DNA of 44,614 nucleotides, from contig JAUCBJ010002972.1 in the NCBI GenBank assembly GCA_032718475.1, positions 1 through 44,614 of the forward strand. The letters are read 5' to 3'. The notes beneath the pieces were generated by a model. The model saw only the letters and a program-made list of their open reading frames with translations. It was not told the origin of the DNA and made no database searches. This document shows positions 34,265 through 44,614 of the stretch, one piece after another (within the stretch, counting starts at the first letter, position 1; every line of letters starts with the position of its first letter). The position numbers and the translations under genes are program-made. Origin of the DNA: Nemertoderma westbladi. Lineage: Eukaryota; Animalia; Xenacoelomorpha.

Positions 34265-35024
34265 TGTTGGACGCAACTCACTTCGTATGCATTCCTCGTA
34301 TGCAAATACTAGGAAATGCATAGGAGCGGGGTTGTGGTGATTTGCGTTGAGTTTTGTCTAGTGGGTATCAAAACAAAATTTTATTTTCAAAATTTTTGGA
34401 AAATTTAAAATTTTAAAAAATTAGAAGTGAACCCAAGACAATTCCAGACGCTGTGTATAGACGCGTTTTAGAATTCGTCTATAGACATACAGTAATTTGA
34501 AAAGTCGTGAAGCCTGGAAAATAGCATTTAGAAACCATGGTGACGGCTATATTACGTAGGAGTGTAAATTGAGTTTAGCAACTTCCACAGATTGGTGCCA
34601 ACAGTGCAACTAAGGTGCTAAAGGTTAGTAGCACCAGAGGCGTACATGGACCCCACTCAGTAGTTTGCAGGATGTGTGATGTTCGATTATCAAACCTGTG
34701 GGTTTGGTATAGTCGAGTATTGTGGCTATGGTCCTTTCTAACTACTGTAGTTTAGTACGAGTAATGGGAGTAGTTTGGGCATCAAAAAGTGAGTTGGTCA
34801 CGGCCAGTTTATCTCCAAAGTTTTTGCGCTATGCATGGGAATAGGTTAGAGGATAGTTAGTTAGGAAGAGACGGGATCTAGAGAGTCGAACCTGAACTGC
34901 TGGAAGGCGGGGGGGGGGGTTCGGGAGGTCTGTCCTTCAGCGACATCTAACTGATTACCCACAGTGTAATTGGTTTGCGTAACGGAACACTTATTGGGAT
35001 ATATATGTATATACGCGGGGCATA

Positions 35025-36258
35025 ATGGAGAGGGATATTAGAGCGCAACCGCGCAGAGGATTTACTGCCAGAGAGGAGGCGGAGCTACCATTCGCGTGAC
35101 CGGGATGTAAAGATTCGAACGTTTACTACCATGGGCGGTCCGTGATGGAGCTGAACGGAAAGTACAAACCAAGTTATGATAAAGAATTACGGAGAGAAAG
35201 AATGAGAGCGTTGGGGGACCGGATGGAAGTTTTGCGGAGAGAGTATCGCACGCGGTATCCCTACGACTTCGCTTTGGACGTGTGTGACATTAGCGCAGAT
35301 CCGGACGAGGAAATCGCACGACTATACCATATGAATATGTATTTACGACATGAGGAGCCTCTACCTGCAGTCCGAGACCAGTTCGACGGAATGCATCTGT
35401 ATCGGAGGACTCGAGGCGAGGATCAGGAGACGCCGAAAGTCTTCAGCGTGTACAAGCTGTTCTACAAGTGTGGTGAATGCATGAATAAACAAGACGTGGC
35501 GATTCCCGACCGATTAGACGAGCAACATCCGGAACCGATATTAACGCGATGTCCAGCTCACCAATTCCTTAGATACAACGAGGGAGGTTACCCGATGAGC
35601 AACCCGATGATCAGTATCGACTTCAGCGGAAAGCGACCTCCGAGACCCATTACGCCGACCGTTACGACATTAGATCCGTATACGGAGATTAAACCCTGTT
35701 CGACACGGCATAGACACGGCGGCGGCCATTTCGCTATACCGAGCCTATAAGGACCTAGAGGCGCGGCGCGAAGCGGCACGGGACTCGAGTTCCTGGACCA
35801 CGTTTACTTCGCTTCACCAGGAGAGGAAGCTCACGCCTGAGTATCCAGACGAGATTCGTGCCATCCATCCGTCTACTAACTATACCCACGATCCGCGATT
35901 TATACGATATTTACTCCAAATTATTTCGGGAAGTTTCGACGAACGCATTATTAAGCCCGAATATGTCCAATCCTTTATATATCATCGTCGCTCTGATATA
36001 TACGTCTAGAATTATTACCCAGCGCACAATTGGCGGCCTAAGGAGACTCGTTTGGGGTCATTGACCTCTGAACGAGTGGAGGATCAGGACCGCCGCGCCC
36101 ACAGCGACAACAGCCGGAGCTCACAGCTCGCGGCAAGTACCAGAGGGAGGAGCCCAGAAGGACGAAAGCGAGACTGGTGTATCTGGAGAAGGGAGCGAGC
36201 CCGAGAGACCCAGGAGCTAGCCGATGAGACTATAATATCACGGAGCGACAAACTCTAG
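35025..36258 (+). pseudogene. Accessory gene of element C (core ORF 35142-35750, probably frameshifted on both sides), homologous to the accessory gene of B
   Basis: LYHMNMYL..PLP, LFYKCGEC, RCPAHQFLRY and NPMISI align with peptides from 12645-13280 on the minus strand; an adjacent frame stays open from ~35715 to ~36009. Confidence 0.72.
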
Positions 36259-36865
36259 ACATATACATCATCGTCGCTCTGATGTATATCATAGGTTTTG
36301 ATCAATCATTCAACTGGACTCATATACACTAGTCGTATCCATATTTTAGAAATTTATTTTCGAAGGCCGAAAAATATTGAAAGGAAATACTTTTATTTTG
36401 TAGTCCGTTGGAAATAATAAATATTTTATACTATATTTGATTTGTGTATATGACTTTATTTTCTCTAAAGTTTATTGAAAGAGGCAAAGGAAGTGATTGG
36501 GGAGACAAACCCGCGGGTTTGGCTTACTCCTTTCACTTACCTGAGCAATCATCAAACCAAGATGATTTGCGTTTTTTATAAGAAATTAAGTAAAGTCCGA
36601 AAATGAAAGAAATTATTACGTATTTTATATTTAATTTGATTATCGGCCTTTAATGCAATTTAGTTAAAAGTTTAGCCTCAAATACGTTTATATTTAGTTT
36701 ATCTTGTTAATGTTGATCGTTAATTTGAGATGGGAAATGGGGGACATTGTCCTAGCCATGTTCCATTTCAATAGGTAGACCGTCAATTTGTAAATAAATC
36801 GAAGGAAGTAATATTTTGTAAATTTAATTTTGTATGTAGTAATCATTATGTAGAACGAACGAGAA

Positions 36866-38211
36866 ACAATATTTTGTAAATTTAATTTGTATGAGAGAGA
36901 TAATATTTGTAAATTTAATTTGTATGCAATTCATTATGCAATATCTATAGCAATATTTTGTAAATAGTAGGATTTATAGTATCAAGTATTTAGATTGGTT
37001 GGAAGAAATTTATTTTGTTTTGTATACATCACCTTATACTCTTCTACAATTGGAGGGAAACATTGTATGATTTCCCTTGAAGCGGTGTTATGGTATATGG
37101 CGCTGTATCCATATTATTAGTCATCATGCAGTATGTATTATTAGTCGTTATGCAGTATGCAATATTAGTCCGTTATACTGTACGTAATATTAGTCCATTG
37201 TGCAGCATGATATTTTAGATAAGGCATAATAACGCAATGATATTTAGATAGGGAAATCGAAACACCCATATATTTGAATCCATCCATTTTGTATAGTATG
37301 TAGCCCTACCTACGTAATTTTGTATTAGGATATATGTAGATAGTTCCAGGGTAGCAAGTTTATTCGGACCCTGGATTTCGTGCTTGCTGATATTAGTTTG
37401 ATAGGGCTAGCATATAGGGACACTGTCCTGGCCATTCAGCAGCCAGAGACGTGATCCATTACCATATATGGTAATAATTTGAGGGCATAGGGCTACAATC
37501 CGGCCTCCTTATTGGACTAACTGCTTCCAGGTTGGTCTAATGCTAGCACGGACTGGAGAGCCAATAGGAGAGCGATTGAGTCACCCTATTGCATCACCCC
37601 ATCCGGATCACCTATAAATTGGCGGTGTGCCGGTAGAGCCTTACAATCTGTGTACTATTCTATACCTCACTGCTGTTGTACTTGCTGAGCTGTCTCTATT
37701 CATTTTTGACGGATATTTTAGTGTATTTTCTGCAATTTGCTAATTTTGATTAATTTCTTGGAATGATTTGCTAGTGCGATTACCCTTGCTTGTGTTTCTC
37801 AATTAATTCCTTCGATTACTGCTAATTACAACTGAACTATGATTTCTACCTTTTGATTAATGGTTCTATGTGATTCTTTTCTGCGCAATAATCCTAAGGG
37901 ATTTCTGAGACTGTCAGACTTTGTGATTTGCATGCGCCGCTACGGTAGCTATTAGCGTAATGGAGGGCTAAGGCGCCAGTGGGCGGTGGGCACATCGGGG
38001 GGTTAGCGACGAAGGGAGAGCGGAGGATTCAAAGGCGAGCAACGCTGGCGGGGGGTCACCGTTGCGGTCGGGAGGTTAACGCTGTGGTATGCAGACCAAT
38101 CGCTGGTACAGTAATTAGGGGGCTGATGATCCAGGTTTCGTCTCTATTTAGTATTAGGGGGGCAGGAATCAGGTTAGTTAGGAGTCCTATATGTACCCGG
38201 GAGAGGCCTGC
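36866..38211 (+). repeat. Copy 1 of a ~1.36-kb tandem duplication: ~220 bp of internal 3' sequence plus an LTR-like unit starting TGT at 37086
   Basis: Collinear with 38231-39595; purine-rich GAAGCGG precedes TGTTA; TATA-like CCTATAAATT at ~37611. Confidence 0.8.
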
Positions 38212-38230
38212 ACGGCACAATATTGCCTGC

Positions 38231-39604
38231 ACAATATTTTGTAAATTTAATTTGTATGAGAGAGATAATATTTGTAAATTTAATTTGTATGCAATTCATT
38301 ATGCAATATCTATAGCAATATTTTGTAAATAGTAGGATTTATAGTATCAAGTATTTAGATTGGTTGGAAGAAATTTATTTTGTCTTGTATACATCACCTT
38401 ATACTCTTCTACAATTGGAGGGAAACATTATATGATTTCCCTTGGAGCGGTGTTACGGTATATGGCGCTGTATCCACATTATTAGTCGTTATACTGTATG
38501 CAGTATTAGTCCGTTATGCAATATGCAATATTAGTCCGTTATGCAGTACGTAATATTAGTCCATTGTGCAGTATAATTATTTAGATAAGGCACAGTGCGG
38601 TGACATTTAGGTAAGGAAGTTAAAACGCCCATATATTTTGCATCCATCCATTTTGTATAGTATGTAGCCCTACCTACGTAATTTTGTATTAGGATATATG
38701 TAGATAGTCCCAGGGTAGCAAGTTCATTCGGACCCTGGATTTTGTGCTTGCTGATATTAGCATCAGTAGGGCTATCATATAGGGACGCTGTCCTGGCCAT
38801 TCAGCGGCCAGGGACGTGAACCATTACCATATAAGGTAATAATTCGAGGTTTGGGCAGGCAATAGGGCTACAATCCGGCCTCCTTATTGGACTAACTGCT
38901 TCCAGGTTGGCTTAATGCTAGCACAGACTGGAGAGCCAATGGGAGAGCGATTGAGTCACCTTATTGCATCACCCCATCCGGATCACCTATAAATTGGCGG
39001 TGTGCCGGTAGAGCCTCTGTAATCTGTTCGTAATCTGTAATGTAATCTCATCACATGACCCTGTTACAATTTACTTGCTGAGCTGTCTCAATTTTGTATT
39101 AGGATATCGTATTTTCTGCGTTTTGCTAATTTTGATTAATTTTTGGAATGATTTGCTAGTGCGATTACTCTTGCTTGTGTTTCTCAATAATTCCTTCGAT
39201 TACTGCAAATTACAATTGAACTATGATTTCTACCTTTTGATTAATGGTTCTATGTGATTCTTTTCTGCGCAATAATCCTAAGGGATTCCTGAGACTGTCA
39301 GACTTTATGATTTGCATGCGCCGCTACGGTAGCTATTAGCACAATGGAGGGCTAAGGTGCCAGCGGGCGGCGGGCGCATCGGGGGGTTGAGCGACTAGGA
39401 GAGAGCGGAGGATTCAAAGCGGGCAACGCTGGCCAGGGTCACCGTTGCGGGCGGGTATCTTGCACTGCGGCACGCAGACCGATCGCCGGAACAGTCACTA
39501 GGGGGCTGATGATCCAGGTTTTGTCTCTATTTAGTATTAGGGGGGCAGGAATTGGGTTAGTTAGGAATCCTAGATGTACCCGGGAGAGGCCTGCGCGTAT
39601 TACA
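38231..39604 (+). repeat. Copy 2 of the duplication, containing a complete LTR-like unit 38451-39604 (TGT...ACA)
   Basis: GGAGCGG|TGTTAC start and ...GTATTACA end; CCTATAAATT at ~38986. Confidence 0.8.
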
Positions 39605-40636
39605 ACGTTGAGTGTGGAGTACGAGTAGTGAATTGCACAATTGTGAACTGTGATTTCTAACGCTGATTGGTGTTATTGAAGTGTGCCTATGATTGAGAAT
39701 GTTTAGGTAGGCGCCCCTTTCTTTTGATTGATTTCTATTTCTTAGTTACAATAATTAGTTACTGATTAGGTCAAAGTAATACGGCAATTTAGGCTATTAC
39801 TACCGAAACCTGTTGCGTGATAAATTAGAATTACGTATTCTGGAACTCTTAGTAATTAGTACGCTGTTAAATATTTGTGACTGTAATTAATTAGTAAAAA
39901 TTAAGAATTAGTACGCAGCATAGCGGAGAGTAGCTAAGGTAATAATTAGTGTACTGTAAACTATTCACGCTGAGCGGTTATTTGCATTAGCGGGCAATCA
40001 GCTAGAACGCACTATTCGGTACGCACGATACGCTAGTAATTTTGCTGGCCTAAAGCCAGCCGCGGGCAGTTTTAGACCCGGAGTGGTACTATCCACGAGA
40101 GACAAATACTGTACCATTTTGATTATTTTAAATATTCTCGCATTCACACATTACGTTAGGGAACCCCCAGTATTCGCGATTAGAAAGACGTAGGTAATAG
40201 CGTGTTTAGTAGTGATAAAATTAGGCGTAAGAATACTCTGAGTGCAAGGCCTCTCGCACTCGTCTTAAGTAAGCTTAGGGAGCAGACTCGGGTTTATTGT
40301 TTTGGTTATTCCCGCGTGGCTCATAGGTTCGAACAGTTAGCTCTCTACTGAGCAATCGGTAGAGAAAGGAACAAGCGATTTTGCAGGAGTTGTGTAAAAT
40401 TAGTAAAATATATTAGCGAACGGCAGATTAGCGCCATCTAGCGGTAAGTAGCGGTTTGGTATTTAGCAACCTTTACAATTTAGTAATCTCACGCTCCTGA
40501 TCCCCTTTACTTAACAGTAGGGCAGTCTTTGTGTCTTATTGGTTAGACGAGAACTTATTAGGTTGGCAGAGAAATATACCGGTATTTGTCTGTTCAACAG
40601 TTCTGCTGTTAGTATAGAGGTCGCGGTTGTTTATCA

Positions 40637-41794
40637 GTAACACTAACGTAAGTTTAACTTAGTTCTCATACGGTAACACTAACGTTAGTTTAACTTAGTT
40701 CTCATACGGTAACACTAACGTAAGTTTAACTTAGTTCTCATATGGTAACACTAACGTAAGTTTAACTTAGTTCTCATACGGTAACACTAACGTTAGTTTA
40801 ACTTAGTTCTCATATGGTAACACTAACGTAAGTTTAACTTAGTTCTCATACGGTAACACTAACGTTAGTTTAACTTAGTTCTCATATGGTAACACTAACG
40901 TAAGTTTAACTTAGTTCTCATACGGTAACACTAACGTTAGTTTAACTTAGTTCTCATATGGTAACACTAACGTAAGTTTAACTTAGTTCTCATACGGTAA
41001 CACTAACGTTAGTTTAACTTAGTTCTCATATGGTAACACTAACGTAAGTTTAACTTAGTTCTCATACGGTAACACTAACGTTAGTTTAACTTAGTTCTCA
41101 TATGGTAACACTAACGTAAGTTTAACTTAGTTCTCATACGGTAACACTAACGTTAGTTTAACTTAGTTCTCATATGGTAACACTAACGTAAGTTTAACTT
41201 AGTTCTCATACGGTAACACTAACGTTAGTTTAACTTAGTTCTCATATGGTAACACTAACGTAAGTTTAACTTAGTTCCCATACGGTAACACTAACGTAAG
41301 TTTAACTTAGTTCCCATACGGTAACACTAACGTAAGTTTAACTTAGTTCTCATACGGTAACACTAACGTAAGTTTAACTTAGTTCTCATATGGTGACACT
41401 AACGTAAGTTTAACTTAGTTCTCATACGGTAACACTAACGTAAGTTTAACTTAGTTCTCATACGGTAACACTAACGTAAGTTTAACTTAGTTCTCATACG
41501 GTAACACTAACGTAAGTTTAACTTAGTTCCCATACGGTAACACTAACGTAAGTTTAACTTAGTTCTCATACGGTAACACTAACGTAAGTTTAACTTAGAT
41601 CTCATATGGTAACACTAACGTAAGTTTAACTTAGTTCTCATACGGTAACACTAACGTAAGTTTAACTTAGTTCTCATACGGTAACACTAACGTAAGTTTA
41701 ACTTAGTTCTCATACGGTAACACTAACGTAAGTTTAACTTAGTTCCCATACGGTAACACTAACGTAAGTTTAACTTAGTTCCCATATGGTGACA
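40637..41794. repeat. 36-bp minisatellite (GTAACACTAACGTAAGTTTAACTTAGTTCTCATACG), about 32 copies
   Basis: Direct head-to-tail units with no spacers; a 72-bp dimeric sub-array at 40745-41248. Confidence 0.98.
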
Positions 41795-42392
41795 TTTACA
41801 AAAGTTTAGTGAGGTGGTTACGGTTACTGGTCGTTATGATTTTGGATGGGCACATTGTAGCGGAGTCGGCATTGCACTCCATGTGGGGTCGAACTGATGA
41901 TTTCAAGGATTGAAAGTCTGGTGTTTTAATAAATCCCATAGCAGCTCAGATAAAACTGTAACTGTAACAGCAACTGTAACCACTGCTCTCTATCATAATG
42001 TCCTTAGTCGTCTGATGATATCTGGTTGCAGTGAGTGAGTGACACTATCGTTGTTACGATATTGTAACCTACTGACGTATAATATGTAATCCCTGGTGCT
42101 TAATAACATGGTGAGCCGTTTTTAAAATGCGAGCGAAACGAGAATTATAATAAAGGCGAGAACTGAGTATCACATTAGATTGCCATAAAATTTATATAAG
42201 TTGAGATCGACGACGATCGTGGATAATTTATAAATACAAATATATTTTGGTTTAAAGAAATAAAATAATGCACTCCAGGTCGGGATTAAATTGATTATGA
42301 ATATTAAATAGATACTCTTCTTATAAACTCATCCATTTCCTATATATATATAATACTCTACCTTAGCTGTTAATAATTATTTTATAACATAG

Positions 42393-42807
42393 AGGGAACT
42401 CAAAGATGTATGAATTCGTTAAACATATGGAGTGTCCTGTGCTGATATCGGACAATCGGTTGCCCACGTTGGTTCGACTACTTGCGTTGCACGCGAATCT
42501 CGCATCCTTGGTGCAGAAGAGTTGCATGCACAACCACCCGTACAGTTCCAACTGGTTAGCCAGACTGCGGCAGATAAAGCTGCTGAAACAGCTGGTGCTG
42601 CTGGCAGACCCCCAATGTCCCCCTAACAACGCCCAATCCAATGCCCAGGGGTTCTCTAGTCAGTTGCGACCAACACGATCCTCAACGCCAACCAAGAGTG
42701 GGACAACGGCCATAGGGTTAGCCAATAGCAGAGCAGCTGCACACGCACTGCCACAACCTGCCGACCTATCCAATCTAGACTTCACCAAGTATGTGGTCCC
42801 TCAGTGA
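42393..42807 (+). CDS. TSC2: Terminal coding exon of a tuberin (tuberous sclerosis 2) homologue
   Basis: LISDNRLPTLVRLLALHANLAS..YSSNWLARLRQIKLLKQ and C-terminal DFTKYV match the human tuberin C-terminus as I recall it ([39 protein letters not shown]...DFTEFV). Candidate acceptor TTTTATAACATAG ends at 42392, with an in-frame stop just upstream; AATAAA at 43093. Confidence 0.88.
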
Positions 42808-43221
42808 TTTACAATTTAATATGATAATATTTATTATTTTTATTATCTTTTTTTAAAGAATTATAATGAAACAGAACGATATAAAGTAATTGTTGTGCAG
42901 TGTTACCATCGCTATTAGTTAATAATATATTTATATTAATCTGTTATCCAACTGGTAAGAAGACCATCGATTGACCTATTCTGATTATATATTTAAACTA
43001 GAACCGGTGAATTAATGAATTTAATATTTGATATAGTTACTACATAGGCCTACAATATTAGTATTTTTACCAGTTTTCTTTGAATAGTGAACAATAAATG
43101 CGATACGAATTATTATTAGTAATATTAGTTTTTACCGACTGAATATTGCTCAAGCCCTTTATCTTTATCTGGTCTCATACAATATAGCAATTATTCGTAT
43201 GAGCTGAAAGTTGAAAGACCA

Positions 43222-44614
43222 GTGACCCGGTGCTAACTATCACTAACGCTTGCTGGAAGCTCCATGTGTGACCCAGTGCTAACTATCACTAACGCTTGCT
43301 GGAAGCTCCATGTGTGACCCAGTGCTAACTATCACCAACGCTTGCTGGAAGCTCCATGTGTGACCCGGTGCTAACTATCACTAACGCTTGCTGGAAGCTC
43401 CATGTGTGACCCGGTGCTAACTATCACTAACGCTTGCTGGAAGCTCCATGTGTGACCCGGTGCTAACTATCACTAATGCTTGCTGGAAGCTCCATGTGTG
43501 ACCCGGTGCTAACTATCACTAACGCTTGCTGGAAGCTCCATGTGTGACCCGGTGCTAACTATCACTAATGCTTGCTGGAAGCTCCATGTGTGACCCGGTG
43601 CTAACTATCACTAACGCTTGCTGGAAGCTCCATGTGTGACCCGGTGCTAACTATCACTAACGCTTGCTGGAAGCTCCATGTGTGACCCGGTGCTAACTAT
43701 CACTAACGCTTGCTGGAAGCTCCATGTGTGACCCAGTGCTAACTATCACCAACGCTTGCTGGAAGCTCCATGTGTGACCCGGTGCTAACTATCACTAGCG
43801 CTTGCTGGAAGCTCTATGTGTGACCCGGTGCTAACTATCACTAACGCTTGCTGGAAGCTCCATGTGTGATCCGGTGCTAATTATCACTAACGCTTGCTGG
43901 AAGCTCCATGTGTGACCCGGTGCTAACTATCACCAACGCTTGCTAGAAGCTCCATATGTGACCCGGTGCTAACTATCACTAACACTTGGTGGAAGCTCCA
44001 TGTGTGACCCGGTGCTAACTATCACTAACACTTGCTGGAACTATCACTAACGCTTGCTGGAAGCTCCATGTGTGACCCAGTGCTAATTATCACTAACGCT
44101 TGCTGGAAGCTCCATGTGTGACCCGGTGCTAACTATCACCAACGCTTGCTAGAAGCTCCATATGTGACCCGGTGCTAACTATCACTAACACTTGGTGGAA
44201 GCTCCATGTGTAACCCGGTGCTAACTATCACTAACGCTTGCTGGAAGCTCCATGTGTGACCCGGTGCTAACTATCACCAACGCTTGCTAGAAGCTCCATA
44301 TGTGACCCGGTGCTAACTATCACTAACACTTGGTGGAAGCTCCATGTGTGACCCGGTGCTAACTATCACTAACACTTGCTGGAACTATCACTAACGCTTG
44401 CTGGAAGCTCCATGTGTGACCCGGTGCTAATTATCACTAACGCTTGCTGGAAGCTCCATGTGTGACCCGGTGCTAACTATCACTAGCACCTGCTGGAAGC
44501 TCCATGTGTGACCCGGTGCTAACTATCTCTAACGCTTGCTGGAAGCTCCATGTGTGACCCGGTGCTAACTATCACTAACGCTTGCTGGAAGCTCCATGTG
44601 TGATCCGGTGCTAA
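43222..44614. repeat. 46-bp satellite (GTGACCCGGTGCTAACTATCACTAACGCTTGCTGGAAGCTCCATGT), about 30 copies, running off the window
   Basis: Direct head-to-tail repetition; two units shortened by the same 24-bp deletion. Confidence 0.98.

Larger units (their letters stand above)
21640..39604 (+). mobile_element. Large chimeric BEL/Pao element C (long leader, double Gag-PR, pol, accessory gene, LTR-like ends); boundaries approximate
   Basis: Coding core 23890-34264, accessory ORF at ~35-36 kb and LTR-like repeats downstream. No matching 5' LTR seen, so it is uncertain that all parts belong to one insertion. Confidence 0.7.

Noticed and set aside
38120-38145. CTGATGA hammerhead-like core (also near 39505, 41894, 42012)
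   Set aside because: No same-strand stem II plus GAAA in the required arrangement.
37979-38332. 117-aa ORF
   Set aside because: It spans the duplication junction, is not preserved in the second copy and has no recognisable motif.
40637-41794. CRISPR-like 36-bp partly palindromic repeat
   Set aside because: Units abut with no unique spacers, there are no cas genes, and the context is eukaryotic.
41856-42108. Possible solo LTR (TGTAGC...TAACA followed by TGGTGAGCC)
   Set aside because: No TSD or second copy, and the PBS-like match is weak.

Overview
AT-rich eukaryotic (animal) genomic DNA, mostly a pile-up of BEL/Pao LTR retrotransposons and tandem repeats. Element A (2411-10857, minus) is young and nearly intact, with about 99.5% identical LTRs, a GTTTG target-site duplication, one in-frame stop in gag and a 50-bp array in its leader. 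Element B (~11.6-20.9 kb, minus) is decayed. Element C (~21.6-39.6 kb, plus) has a 2187-aa ORF containing two Gag-zinc knuckle-protease modules fused in frame, followed by pol in the +1 frame. B and C both carry a homologous non-Env accessory gene downstream of integrase with a conserved CxxC...CxxH motif; this is the most novel-looking feature. There are three satellites (22, 36 and 46 bp units). The only host gene recognised is the terminal coding exon of TSC2 (tuberin) at ~42393-42807. All alignments and identities were made by eye; no searches were run.
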